A stretch of 64,000 nucleotides of DNA from Candidatus Hydrogenedentota bacterium (GCA_034669905.1 JAXMOL010000033.1:22960-86959), one strand, 5' to 3'. Shown: positions 28,808 to 40,982, counted from the first letter of the stretch. The notes: generated by a model not told the origin, from the letters alone. Numbers and translations: made by a program.

Positions 28808-29722
28808 TTAGAGCGGGATCTTGATGACGATGGGCTTGCCCCCCCGATTGATTTTCAGGTTGAGCTCTTTCGCGCCCTGCAGCTGCCCCACGAGGCCAAA
28901 GAGCTGGGCCTCGTTGGTAAGCTGGATTCCGTTGATGGATTGGACGATGTCGCCATTCTGGAAGCCCAGCTGGTTGGCACCGGGAATGTTGCCGATATCG
29001 CTCGCCGTAAGGCCCAGGGCATTGCCCTGTTCATCCCGGGCGATGCGGGGCTGGTGTTTGACCACCAGGCCCATGTAATCCTCTGGGATTTCGGGCAGTC
29101 CGGCGGGCTTGGGCTTCATGGTGCCCTTCGCTGCAATGGTCGGGGTCTCACTGGGCACGGGCGCGGGCTCCGCCGCCTCCGGTGCTTTTTGTAGGACGGT
29201 GTAGCTGACCGGCGGGAGGCTGTGGCTGATGCGGTAGTCCCACGGGGCCAGGGGTGCGGCATTCTTCCAGAGTCCCCGTTTCGCCTGAAGGGCTTCCACC
29301 ATGAGGTTACTCAGATGCCGGGCGTCGGGCGCGTTGGGCTCATCCCACCAGGCGAAGCCGTCGCGGACGAGGATTTCGTTGAGGCTGGGGCCCTCCTTCA
29401 GGCGAACCCAGGCGACCGGGAGGCCGTCTCTGTCTTCCGTGAGCACTTCCACGTCGACCGCTTCCCGTTGTTTGTAGCTGGCAATCAGACTTCCGGCGAG
29501 GGTGGCGTTGACTTGCCCGGCGACGGGACAGGCGATACCGTAGAGCCGCACGGGGCGCTCTGCGCCTGCGGTGGTTTTGACACGAACCACATCGGCGGTG
29601 GGCTGGGCATGGAGCAGGGTGCCGCTGAAGGAAGGGGGCGCGCCATTTTCGTTGCCGTGGGTCACCGCGGTGAAAAGAGCGAGCAGGATCGTGAGCAGGG
29701 TAGTGCGGGGAATGGTGCGCAT
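28808..29722 (-). CDS. Secreted thermonuclease (SNase)-like domain fused to a GspC-type PDZ domain
   Basis: VRLYGI..P, LNEILVRDGFAW, A...KRGLW....P..PWDYR; C-terminal LGFQNGDIVQSING...LKINRGG. Confidence 0.8.
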   Translation of the reverse strand: MRTIPRTTLLTILLALFTAVTHGNENGAPPSFSGTLLHAQPTADVVRVKTTAGAERPVRLYGIACPVAGQVNATLAGSLIASYKQREAVDVEVLTEDRDGLPVAWVRLKEGPSLNEILVRDGFAWWDEPNAPDARHLSNLMVEALQAKRGLWKNAAPLAPWDYRISHSLPPVSYTVLQKAPEAAEPAPVPSETPTIAAKGTMKPKPAGLPEIPEDYMGLVVKHQPRIARDEQGNALGLTASDIGNIPGANQLGFQNGDIVQSINGIQLTNEAQLFGLVGQLQGAKELNLKINRGGKPIVIKIPL

Positions 29723-29768
29723 GGGGATTCTCCACAAATTCGGGTTGTTCAGGGGGTATCGTCCGGTC

Positions 29769-31229
29769 TCAGCATAGCACGTTTGTCGCCCGCCCCTTCT
29801 GAGACTTTTTTTGATAGGCATCGAAAAGGAGCAATGCCCAGACGGGGAGGTACTCTAACCAGACGATTCGGTAGTGAAAGAATTCAACGGCGCCCCGGGC
29901 ATCGAAGTAAAAACGCAGATAATACAGCGGCAGGACCAGCGTGAGCAGGAGCAGTCCGCGGTTGGGATAGAGGGTCAGCAAGGGCAGGAGCCAGAGGAAG
30001 TACCAGGGGAATTGGGTGGGACTGAGGAGGAAGAGGGCACCCACGATGGCGAGCAATCCGCCACACAGGCCGTGGGCGGTGTGTTGGCCGGAACCGTGAG
30101 ATCGATAGGTGTTGCGCGTCGCCCAGGCGACCACGCCGAGGGTGAGGAGGGCGACCAGGGCCTTTCCTGCGCGATGGGCCGTGCCGTGAGATAAATCCAT
30201 CTGGAGCAGATGGGCCGCCCCTTCGGCGATCCAGGGGAAGACCATGAAGAGGGCGTCGTTCATTTCCCAGCGGCTGCCGTAGGCGACGAAGCCCGACTCG
30301 TCTTCCATGGCGGTGATGCTAAGCAAGGGGCTGAGCAACACGATGGTAGTGAGTAGAAAAAGCATCAGGGCGAGGGCGACCTTGCGCGGCTGGTGCCGGG
30401 CGGTGGCCAGCACCGGCAGGAGCAAGAGCACGGGCCAGAGCTTGGTGGCCACGGCGAGGGCGAGGGGGACCATGGCCCAGATGACACGCCCACGGAGTGC
30501 CAGCAGCACGGTCCCGAGGAGCAAGGGGACAAGGAGGATGTCCATGTGGACGCTGTTATAAATTTCCTTCGCCGCCAGGGGGTTCCACCAGTAGATGAGG
30601 GTGAGCAGGGGGGAGCGACCAAGTTGTTGCAAGAGCAATACGAGCAAGGCAAAGACGACACCGTCTACCGCGTAATAAAGGAGGCGCAGGCCACTCAGTT
30701 TCCAGGGCGAAAGGGTGTGGGCCAGGGCGAAGGCGGCCTGGGCCACGGGAGGGTAGACCGTGCCCAGTTGGGGATGATTGACCCGCTCCAGAACCCTGCC
30801 GGCCTCCTTGCCCAGGTCGAGGAGGGGGGCAGACACATGGGCGTCACGATCCTGCACATCCAGGGGGATGACGCCGTAGGGATTTTCTCCGTGGGCTGTC
30901 ACGGCACCGTCCCACAGGTAGCGGTAATAGTCATCTTCGAGCACAGGTTGAGACGTGGCCAGGATGAGTCGCATTAGGGCGCCCACGGCGAAGATGCCAT
31001 AGGCCAACTGCTTGGTGGGCGTCGTGCGGGCAGCGAGATAGATGGCGCCAAAGTACACGAGTGACGCACCCATGAGGAGGGCTACGAAGGGCAGGATGGG
31101 GCGTGCGCGCATGTCGCTGCCGTAGTCAAAGTCTTGCGACAGGGCGGCCAGGGCGACCGTGCAGAGCAGCAGGGTTACGCCACATCCCCACCAGGCCCAC
31201 AGGGGCGTGTTCTTTGGCGCACTAGTCAC
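29769..31229 (-). CDS. GT87/DUF2029-like polyprenol-phosphate-sugar-dependent membrane glycosyltransferase
   Basis: EDDYYRYLWDG...NPY, TVYPPVAQ, YWWNPL, H.D and PWY motifs; the GTG start overlaps the asnB stop. Confidence 0.75.
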   Translation of the reverse strand: MTSAPKNTPLWAWWGCGVTLLLCTVALAALSQDFDYGSDMRARPILPFVALLMGASLVYFGAIYLAARTTPTKQLAYGIFAVGALMRLILATSQPVLEDDYYRYLWDGAVTAHGENPYGVIPLDVQDRDAHVSAPLLDLGKEAGRVLERVNHPQLGTVYPPVAQAAFALAHTLSPWKLSGLRLLYYAVDGVVFALLVLLLQQLGRSPLLTLIYWWNPLAAKEIYNSVHMDILLVPLLLGTVLLALRGRVIWAMVPLALAVATKLWPVLLLLPVLATARHQPRKVALALMLFLLTTIVLLSPLLSITAMEDESGFVAYGSRWEMNDALFMVFPWIAEGAAHLLQMDLSHGTAHRAGKALVALLTLGVVAWATRNTYRSHGSGQHTAHGLCGGLLAIVGALFLLSPTQFPWYFLWLLPLLTLYPNRGLLLLTLVLPLYYLRFYFDARGAVEFFHYRIVWLEYLPVWALLLFDAYQKKSQKGRATNVLC

Positions 31230-33162
31230 GGCGCAGTGCCGCCAGGTGGTTCCGGCATTGCTTCCGTGGATGCTCGAAGCGCCGGCGCCAATGTTCAAAC
31301 ACGTAGACGGAGAAGGCGTGGCGTCCCGCCGTGCTGTCGCCGCCCTGGAGGCGGGTGAGCATGGTCTGGAGGTACGCCGGATTAAATAGTCTATCGCCGT
31401 CGGAGCCCAGGTCACGGACCATGTCGTTTAACTCTTCGTTCAGCGAGGCACGAAACCACGCGGTGACGGGCACTTCGAATCCCTGCTTTTTTCGGTAGAC
31501 AAAATCGTGGGGCATGTGTTTGGCCAGTAGTTTTTTCAGCAATATCTTAAGGTGTCGGGGGCCCATTTTTTCATGTTTGGGAAGGGATAATCCAAACGCC
31601 ACGAGCCGGGGGTCGAGGAAGGGGAAGCGCCCTTCCAGACCCGACGCCATGGCCAGCTTGTCGGCTTTGAGCATGAGGTCGTCGGGCACGAAATTATGTA
31701 ACTCGCAATACTGGCGTTGCCCCAGGGCGTCTAAGCCCAGCTGTCGTGCGTCTTGGAAGAGGGCCTCAAAGATCACCCCCGATCGGTGATCGCCCACGGC
31801 ATCCAGCAGATCGGGGTGGAGGAGCTGATGTTTCGTTTCGTCGGGCACCATGGTGAACCAGTTCAGATAGCGTCGCGCAGGCGAGAGTCCCGCATACTGG
31901 CAGAACTTGTCGCCCCGACGGCCCAGGTTGCGGGCAGGCTCGGGGAGGCGCTGGAGGGCGCGAAAGGCGGGGGCCAGCAGCCCTTTCCGCAGGGGGGCGG
32001 GCACCCGCCCGAATTGGGTGGCCACTTCATCCCAGAAGAAACGGGGGTAGCCCCCGAAGGCTTCATCGGCCCCGTCCCCACAATGGACCACCGTCACGTG
32101 CTTTGCCGCTTCCCGACAGAGGGTGAAGAGGGGGAGCATGGCGGCGTCGGAGAGGGGCTCTTCCACGTGCCAGAGCATGTCGGGCAAGTCGGCGACGGAC
32201 TCCGGGCCACAGTGAAACTCATGGTGTCGGGCGCCACAGGCCTCCGCCGCCTGGCGCGCGTAATTGGATTCGTCAAAGCCCTTCTGGCCATGGAATCCCA
32301 TCGCAAAAGTCGATACAGGCTGGTCCGTGAGCTTGCTGTGGAGGAGGGCGATGAGGGTGGAGTCCACGCCTCCGCTGAGGAAGACCCCGAGGGGGACCTC
32401 ACTCATGCGCTGCTCATCGACGACGTCGTGGAGGAGGCTTTCGAGGGCCTCCAGGTGTTCGCCTTCACTGCCGGGCATGGGCTGGGCTACGGCGGGCTGC
32501 CAATAGCGCTCAACGTGCACCTGGTCGCCGCTTACGGTCATCCAGTGGCCCTGGGGTAGTTTCTGGATGACCTGGTACGGGGTGCGGGGGCCGGGCACGA
32601 ATTTAAACGTGAAGTAATCGTAGATGGCCGTGAGGTCCAGGGTTTCATCGACGGCGTCGTCGAGAAACAGGGCTTTCATCTCCGAGGCGAAAAGAAAGGC
32701 ATCGGTGGTCTGGGTGTAGTAGAGGGGCTTGATACCGAAATGGTCCCGGGCGAGGAAAAGCCGTTGCTTTCGCGCGTCCCAGATGGCGAAGGCAAACATG
32801 CCGCGAAGTCTGGCCACACAGTCGGTGCCATAGGCCGCGTAGGCATGGAGAATCGTTTCTGTGTCCGTGTGGGTTTTGTAGTGGTAGCCTCTGGCCTCCA
32901 GTTCGTGCCGCAGTTCCTGGTGGTTGTAGATCTCGCCATTGAACACGATCCAGAGGGATTCGTCGGCATTGGAGATGGGCTGGTGCCCGCCTCCGACATC
33001 GATAATGCTGAGACGGCGATGCCCCAGGCCGACCGGGCCTTCGGTGTGAATGCCCTCGTCATCGGGACCCCGGTGGGTCATGAGGGTGCACATGTCCGCC
33101 AGCAACGCCGGGGAGACCGGGCGGCTTGGGTCAAAATTCAGTTTTCCAGCAATACCACACAT
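31222..33162 (-). CDS. asnB: Asparagine synthase (glutamine-hydrolysing)-like amidotransferase
   Basis: MCGIAG, HRGPDD, RRLSIID, FNGEIYN, LSGGVDS, GDGADE, R.PFLD. Confidence 0.93.
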   Translation of the reverse strand: MCGIAGKLNFDPSRPVSPALLADMCTLMTHRGPDDEGIHTEGPVGLGHRRLSIIDVGGGHQPISNADESLWIVFNGEIYNHQELRHELEARGYHYKTHTDTETILHAYAAYGTDCVARLRGMFAFAIWDARKQRLFLARDHFGIKPLYYTQTTDAFLFASEMKALFLDDAVDETLDLTAIYDYFTFKFVPGPRTPYQVIQKLPQGHWMTVSGDQVHVERYWQPAVAQPMPGSEGEHLEALESLLHDVVDEQRMSEVPLGVFLSGGVDSTLIALLHSKLTDQPVSTFAMGFHGQKGFDESNYARQAAEACGARHHEFHCGPESVADLPDMLWHVEEPLSDAAMLPLFTLCREAAKHVTVVHCGDGADEAFGGYPRFFWDEVATQFGRVPAPLRKGLLAPAFRALQRLPEPARNLGRRGDKFCQYAGLSPARRYLNWFTMVPDETKHQLLHPDLLDAVGDHRSGVIFEALFQDARQLGLDALGQRQYCELHNFVPDDLMLKADKLAMASGLEGRFPFLDPRLVAFGLSLPKHEKMGPRHLKILLKKLLAKHMPHDFVYRKKQGFEVPVTAWFRASLNEELNDMVRDLGSDGDRLFNPAYLQTMLTRLQGGDSTAGRHAFSVYVFEHWRRRFEHPRKQCRNHLAALRRD

Positions 33163-33226
33163 GATCAGACAATTGATGGTTGACAGTTAGCAGTTGGGTG
33201 TGTGCGCGGTGACGCACTTCGGGGCG

Positions 33227-34324
33227 TTAGGGTCGCAACACCCGTTTCACGGCCGCAAACACGTCTTCGACTTCATGCACCGTCAGGCACACGGGCTCCT
33301 CATACAACGGGCAGGTGTCTTCCAGACAGGGACTGCATTCGGGATTGTCCCGCAGAACGACATGTTGATCGCCATAGGGATACCAGCGATGGGCGTGGTC
33401 CCGGGCAGAAAAAATCGCGACGACGGGGGTGCCGGTGCAGGCCGCGACGTGCATGGTGCCGGTGTCGTTGGAAACGAAGAGGCGGCAGCGTGCGGCCAGT
33501 GCGGCGAGTTCGGGAATGGTGGTTTTGCCCGCCAGGTTGGTGCAGCCGGGTCCAATGCCTGCGGCAATCGTGTCGAGCAGCGATGCCTCGCCCGCGCTTC
33601 CGGTGAGGAGCAATTCGGCCTCGTGTTCGGCGATGAGCCGCTTGCCCAGGGCGATAAAGCGCTCGGGCATCCAACGGTTGGCAGGCCGTTTGGCACCACA
33701 TTGCATACCGATGAGCGGACGGTCCCCGTATTCGGGCAGCATGGCCGTAACCCGTGCTTCGTCTTTGTCGTCAAAGTGGATCCAGGGGAAGGCTTCCACT
33801 TCCGGGCAGCCCAAGGGCTCCAGCAGGGACATGATGCGGGGCACCTGTCCTTGCGAGACCTTGTTGGGTGGCACGACTTCGGCCCCTACGATGCGTCGCA
33901 CCCCGGCGGCGCTGAGCAGGGCCATCTGCTTGACCAGACTCTTGGTGGTTGTCCGGTCGTCCGGCAGGAGCACCGCCAGGTCAACGGGTGTTGCGGCCAG
34001 TCGTTGCCGCAGGTTCCGCAGAAAGTCGGGCCGGGAAGATTCGTCTTCGTAGTAGATGATCGTGGCATCGAAGGTCGTGTCTTTAGCGAGGACTTCCTGG
34101 GCGCCGGGCGCACCCCGTTTCGTGGGCGAGGTCAGCAGCGTCATGTGGGCGTTGGGAAAGCGCAGCCGCAGGGCATGAAAGGCCGGCAGGGAAACCACGA
34201 TGTCCCCCAGGTTGCCCAGTCGATAGACGAGGATGTGGTGGGGGTTGGGATTGCGCACGCCACCTGGGATACGGGCGTTGAGTCCCGTCAGGCCACGGAG
34301 GAGGCGATTGGCCACGCCCGCCAT
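33227..34324 (-). CDS. Glycosyltransferase family 9 (heptosyltransferase-like)
   Basis: RLGNLGDIV, NLAGKT, FVSNDTGTMHVAA...P.VAIF. Confidence 0.9.
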   Translation of the reverse strand: MAGVANRLLRGLTGLNARIPGGVRNPNPHHILVYRLGNLGDIVVSLPAFHALRLRFPNAHMTLLTSPTKRGAPGAQEVLAKDTTFDATIIYYEDESSRPDFLRNLRQRLAATPVDLAVLLPDDRTTTKSLVKQMALLSAAGVRRIVGAEVVPPNKVSQGQVPRIMSLLEPLGCPEVEAFPWIHFDDKDEARVTAMLPEYGDRPLIGMQCGAKRPANRWMPERFIALGKRLIAEHEAELLLTGSAGEASLLDTIAAGIGPGCTNLAGKTTIPELAALAARCRLFVSNDTGTMHVAACTGTPVVAIFSARDHAHRWYPYGDQHVVLRDNPECSPCLEDTCPLYEEPVCLTVHEVEDVFAAVKRVLRP

Positions 34325-34351
34325 CAGATGAGGTGCTCTGCAATTGTTGCT

Positions 34352-34854
34352 TCAGCCACGGCGAATACGCTCGATGATAGCCGAGGTGGACTTGGTCACA
34401 TCGCCCGCGATGAGGGCGATGCACCCGCCCGAAGCTTCGATGACGTTGCGTTCGCCGTCGTCCAGGCCGCCATGGAGATGGTGAAATCCCTTGGCATAGA
34501 CATCGGGCTGAAGGGCCTGCAAAAGCTCCGTACAGTCGGGCTGATCAAATACAGTGATATGGTCGATACACTCCACGGCGGAAAGGACCAGCAGCCGCTC
34601 GGCTTCCCGGGTGAGGGGGTGCCCTTCGCCTTTCACCTTCGTGACCGACGCATCACTGTTAACCCCGACGATGAAAATGTCGGCCAGGCGCGACGCCTTC
34701 ACCAGAAAATCGATGTGGCCCGCGTGGAGGATTTCAAAGCAGCCATTGGTCCAGACGATGGTCTTGCCCTGGTGCCGATAGTGTTGGGCCAACTCGATGA
34801 GTTCATCGAGGGAGGCTTCCTTGCGGGAGCGGGGGATAGGGGGCGGGGCGTTGT

Positions 34855-34858
<4 letters not shown>
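34352..34858 (-). CDS. Stand-alone RfaE/HldE domain II-like sugar-phosphate nucleotidyltransferase
   Basis: TNGCFEILHAGH, VGVNSDASV...KG, PDVYAKG, STSAII. Confidence 0.85.
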
Positions 34859-36797
<1,939 letters not shown>

Positions 36798-36892
36798 CTA
36801 GTGCCGGGGGTCGAACTGCTTCACTCTCGGGTATTTTACCCACGGCGGGGCATGAATGTACACGGGCACGGTGTTTGGCGGGGAGGGCGTCG

Positions 36893-37840
36893 CTACTGGG
36901 CGCGGTACCATTTCACGAAGCGGGCGATGCCTTCATCCATGGTGAAATGGGGGTTGTAGCCCAGTTTTTCCTTGGCGTGGTCCACGTTCGCGTAGGTCTG
37001 TTCCACGTCACCGGCCTGCATGGGCTGCTGATCGATCACCGCTTTTTCGCCCGTGTGTTTCTCGATAAGACCGATGAGTTCCTTGAGGCTGGTCGTGTGG
37101 CTTTCGCCCAGATTGAAGATCTCATAGTCGAAGGGCGTATCCACACAACGGACCACGCCGTCGATGATGTCGTCGATATAGGTATAGTCCCGCAAGGTGG
37201 AACCGTCGCCAAACATGGGGATGGGTTCGCCGTTGAGTATCATCTTCACAAACTTGTGAATGGCCATGTCGGGCCGCTGGCGGGGGCCGTAAACCGTGAA
37301 GAAGCGGAGCATGGTGGTGCGGACGCCGTAGACATGTTGGTAGACGTGGGCCTGGAGCTCGTTCATGCGCTTGGTGGCCGCGTAGGGGCTCACGGGGGTC
37401 ATGACAGGGTCCGTCTCCTGGAAGGGCACGTCCACACTGCCGCCGTAGACCGAAGAGCTGGAGGCGAAAACCAAGTGAGACGGCTTGTGATGGCGGCAGG
37501 CGTCGAGGATGTGCTGGCCGCCAATGACGTTTACCCGGTGGTAAAGATTGGGGTCCTGCAGGGAAGGACGCACGCCCGCCCGGGCCGCCAGGTGCACCAC
37601 CACCTCGGGCTGGGTCTCGGCGAAAAGGGCATTGACGGCCTCTTCGTCACAGATATCCACTTCGTGGAGGGTGAAGCGGTCCATGCTATCGGCCTGCGCA
37701 AGATTGCGGCGTTTGATGGCGGGGTCGTAGTACGTGTTGAAGTTGTCCACGCCAATAACTTCGTCGCCCCGGGCCAACAGTTCGTCGGTCAGGCTGGACC
37801 CGATAAAGCCGGCCGCGCCGGTGATGAGTACGCGTTTCAT
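36893..37840 (-). CDS. NAD-dependent epimerase (UDP-glucuronate 4-epimerase-like)
   Basis: TGAAGFIGS, HLAARAGVRPS, SPYAATK, RFFTVYGPRQRPDMA. Confidence 0.9.
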   Translation of the reverse strand: MKRVLITGAAGFIGSSLTDELLARGDEVIGVDNFNTYYDPAIKRRNLAQADSMDRFTLHEVDICDEEAVNALFAETQPEVVVHLAARAGVRPSLQDPNLYHRVNVIGGQHILDACRHHKPSHLVFASSSSVYGGSVDVPFQETDPVMTPVSPYAATKRMNELQAHVYQHVYGVRTTMLRFFTVYGPRQRPDMAIHKFVKMILNGEPIPMFGDGSTLRDYTYIDDIIDGVVRCVDTPFDYEIFNLGESHTTSLKELIGLIEKHTGEKAVIDQQPMQAGDVEQTYANVDHAKEKLGYNPHFTMDEGIARFVKWYRAQ

Positions 37841-38006
37841 GGAGCAGGTGCACCTCTCTTGGCAAGGTTAAAACGGGAACAACACGGGTGATGAATAGAC
37901 GTAAAGTATAAGAAAGGGCAAGGGGACAACACAACAAAATCGGGGAAAAGTGGGAAACCTTTGACGCGCTCTCGCCCTTCTCGCGTCTTTGTTATCTCCG
38001 CGTCTC

Positions 38007-38092
38007 CGTCATCCCCGCGCAGGCGGGGATCCAGACGCGCGCCCGGAGTGGGCGTGGTAACCCACTGGATTCCCGCCTTCGCGGGAATGACG
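38007..38092. repeat. REP-like doublet CGTCAT.CCCGCG.AGGCGGG.ATCCAG / CTGGAT.CCCGCCTTCGCGGG.ATGACG
   Basis: 28-bp inverted arms; a second copy lies at 45456-45540. Confidence 0.85.
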
Positions 38093-38114
38093 AACTACGT
38101 TGCCTTAATGTAGT

Positions 38115-39479
38115 CTAGCGCGCGCACCACGCCGTCAGACTCGCCTCCAATATCCCCAGCGCTTCGTCCATTTCTTCGCGACTGATCGTGAGGGGCGGCA
38201 CGAGGGTCAAGATATTGCCCATGCTCACCTTGAAGCTCAGTCCCCGGGAGAGGCAGCCATAGAGCACCTGCTCCGCCGCTTCCGTGGCCCGCGCACCCGT
38301 CTTGGGGTCCTTTAATTCCACCCCCATCAACAGCCCCAGCCCGCGTACATCGCCGATGATGGGGAAGGTGGCTTGCATTTCGCGGAGCCGCGTCATCGCA
38401 TAGTCACCCATGGCCGTGGCCTGTTTCAGCAGGCTTTCCGATTCAATAGTCTCGATGGTGGCCAGGGCGGCGGCGCAGGCCACGGGACTCTTCTCGTGGG
38501 TGTAGTGGCCCAGCGCACGGTCGGCCATGGCGGTGTTGAGTTCTTCCCGGGCGATGAGGGCCGCAAGGGGAAAAATGCCGCCGCCAAGGCCCTTGCCAAT
38601 GACCACCATGTCGGGCACTACGTCGTAGTGTTCGTGAACGAAGTAGGCACCCGTCCGCCCGAGGCACGTGGGGATTTCATCTAGTATGAGGAGCGCCCCA
38701 TGGCGGTCGCAGGCGGCCCGCACTTTTTTCCAATAGTCGCGGGGCGGAATATAGGGCGAGCTGCGCACCGTCTCTGCGATGACCGCCGCCACATCGCCTT
38801 CCTTCTCCAAGACGTACTCGATGTAGTCCGCACACTGAAGGTTGCACACCGTGCCACAGTTAAAGGGACAGCCTGTGGGGTCGGGCGGGGGGACGTGCTC
38901 CGTGCCGGGGAGGAGGGGTCCCATGCCGTTGCGGAAAATCGCCTCACCGCCAATGGAGATGGCATCCAACGAGGCCCCATGAAAGGAATCCCACAGGGAG
39001 ATGGTTTTGTGCCGCCCGGTAGCCGCCCGGGCGAGTTTGAGGGCCATGCCGATGGCCGCCGTTCCGCCCGGTGCAAAGAGGACGCGGTTGAGATCGCCCG
39101 GCGCTTTTTCCACCAGTTTCTTCGCCAGCGCGATAGCGGAGCGGTTGGTGTAGCGCCGGGGACAAAAGGGGAGCTCGGCGAGCTGCTGTTGGATGGCCGC
39201 CACGACGCGGGGATGGCCGTAGCCCACCTGGTGGACCGAGTTGCCGTGAAAATCGAGGATCTTCCGCCCCTCCACATCGTGGAGGTAACTGCCGTCGCAC
39301 CCATCAAGGGCGTTCAGGCAGGGCGTGGAGAGGGACTGGTGCAGAAAGTAGCGGGCGTCCTCCGCCAACAGGGCCTCGGTATCTTCGTGCAGATGGGTGG
39401 CGGCCCACTCCGACCGGGCAGGCGACAGGTTGAGGTCACCTTCCGAGCGGAGCTGGTCCAGGGAGTCATGGTCCGTCAT
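38115..39479 (-). CDS. pbfA: Class-III PLP enzyme, probable (R)-1-hydroxy-2-aminoethylphosphonate ammonia-lyase
   Basis: N-terminal SEGD.N.SPAR and FLHQSLSTPCL, DFHGN.VHQ.GYGHP, WDSFHGASLDAIS.GGE and GHYTHEKSP match my recollection of PbfA; PLP lysine in IGKGLGGG. Confidence 0.75.
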   Translation of the reverse strand: MTDHDSLDQLRSEGDLNLSPARSEWAATHLHEDTEALLAEDARYFLHQSLSTPCLNALDGCDGSYLHDVEGRKILDFHGNSVHQVGYGHPRVVAAIQQQLAELPFCPRRYTNRSAIALAKKLVEKAPGDLNRVLFAPGGTAAIGMALKLARAATGRHKTISLWDSFHGASLDAISIGGEAIFRNGMGPLLPGTEHVPPPDPTGCPFNCGTVCNLQCADYIEYVLEKEGDVAAVIAETVRSSPYIPPRDYWKKVRAACDRHGALLILDEIPTCLGRTGAYFVHEHYDVVPDMVVIGKGLGGGIFPLAALIAREELNTAMADRALGHYTHEKSPVACAAALATIETIESESLLKQATAMGDYAMTRLREMQATFPIIGDVRGLGLLMGVELKDPKTGARATEAAEQVLYGCLSRGLSFKVSMGNILTLVPPLTISREEMDEALGILEASLTAWCAR

Positions 39480-39577
39480 GGCAGGGCGCTTTCGGTTGAA
39501 GGATGCAGCATGGCTACAGCGTAATAAACCGATTGAATAGCAAGTCAAGTTTCTAACGAGTATCAAAGATACGCTGC

Positions 39578-39625
39578 GGGTGCCACCCTTACGCGGAGGA
39601 GCGAAGCGGGGGAGCTTATGGGTGC
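39578..39625. repeat. 48-bp dispersed repeat (inverted copy of 17497-17544)
   Basis: gggtgccacccttacgcggaggagcgaagcgggggagcttatgggtgc. Confidence 0.85.
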
Positions 39626-39670
39626 GGGGTGCCACGGGCAAGCCCCGGAGGGCTCGCCCGTGTCCCAGTC

Positions 39671-40834
39671 CTACACGCGCACCACCGCTTCCGAACCCAC
39701 CACCTGCTGGACCAAGGCGTCCAGATCATCACCATCCACCGCACCCGGCACCGTGTCCGCAAAGCGTACGAAGGCTTCGTAGAGCCGGTCACGGTCACCC
39801 TCACCGACCACGTGGCCCCGTTGGCGCGCCATATGGACCACGGCGTTGCGGCCCGACCGTGCCGTCAAGACGAAGTCGTGGCCCGCCCGCCCGATGAGCT
39901 CCGGGGCGACAAACTGATAGTTTTCCGCGGCTTTCAAGATGCCGTCCTGATGGATTCCCGAACTGTGGGTGAAGGCATTGCCCCCCACGATGGCACGGTT
40001 GGGCTGGATGGGCACCCCGGTGACGGCGGCCACCTGGGCGCTGATGGCACGGAGCTGGTCCAACTGAATGCCCGAATCCGCCACGTCTTTCAACGCGAGG
40101 ATCACGGCAATTTCTTCCAGCGCCGTGTTGCCTGCCCGTTCGCCAATGCCATTGACCGTGCACTCCACCTGGCGCGCACCGGCCTTCACGGCGGCGAGGG
40201 CATTGGCCGTCGCGAGGCCCATGTCGTTGTGGCAGTGGGCCGACACGATAACGTCGGGACCGAGAAATTGGACCATGTCATAAATCATGGGGCCAAACTC
40301 ATCGGGTGTCATGCAGCCCACCGTGTCTGCAATGTTGATGCGCGTGGCACCGGCTTCCACCGCCGTGAGGGCGCATTGGCGGAGGAACACCGGGTCGCTC
40401 CGCGTGGCATCTTCCAGACTGAACTGGACCTCGCGGGACCACCGCCGTGCCCGTTGGACGCTTCGCGTGATAATGCCCAACAACGTCGCCCGACTGACCC
40501 CCAACTTGTGGGTCATGTGGATGTCGGAGCTGCCAATCACCAGGTGCATGACCGGGTGGGTGGCTTCCTGCAGGGCTTCGCCGGCCGCATCGATATCCCT
40601 GTCGACACAGCGGGACAAGGCGGCCACTTCCGCACCCTGCACGGCCTGGGCAATGGTACGGACCGCCATACTATCACCGGGGGACGACGCGGGGAAACCC
40701 GCTTCAATGGTCGCCACCCCCAGGGCCTCCAGGGCCACGGCGATGGCACATTTTTCCTGAATGTCTATATGAACTCCGGGCGTCTGTTCGCCATCGCGGA
40801 GTGTGGTGTCTAAAACCCGAATTTTCTTTCGCAT
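39671..40834 (-). CDS. leuA: 2-isopropylmalate synthase, short form without the C-terminal regulatory domain
   Basis: DTTLRDGEQ, HCHNDMGLA, GERAGN, HSSGIHQDG; only 387 aa; preceded by a Leu-rich leader. Confidence 0.85.
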   Translation of the reverse strand: MRKKIRVLDTTLRDGEQTPGVHIDIQEKCAIAVALEALGVATIEAGFPASSPGDSMAVRTIAQAVQGAEVAALSRCVDRDIDAAGEALQEATHPVMHLVIGSSDIHMTHKLGVSRATLLGIITRSVQRARRWSREVQFSLEDATRSDPVFLRQCALTAVEAGATRINIADTVGCMTPDEFGPMIYDMVQFLGPDVIVSAHCHNDMGLATANALAAVKAGARQVECTVNGIGERAGNTALEEIAVILALKDVADSGIQLDQLRAISAQVAAVTGVPIQPNRAIVGGNAFTHSSGIHQDGILKAAENYQFVAPELIGRAGHDFVLTARSGRNAVVHMARQRGHVVGEGDRDRLYEAFVRFADTVPGAVDGDDLDALVQQVVGSEAVVRV

Positions 40835-40982
40835 GCTGCACTTTCCATAGTAGTCGGTTAAGGGATACTCAAACGGCGCGTGATGGGGTGCGTAGCAGGC
40901 GATGGAATCGGGTTACCGCAGTTCCACGTCCATATTACGTCCCTCCTTTCTAACGTTGTGTTTTCGGGGGGCCATCCCCGAT

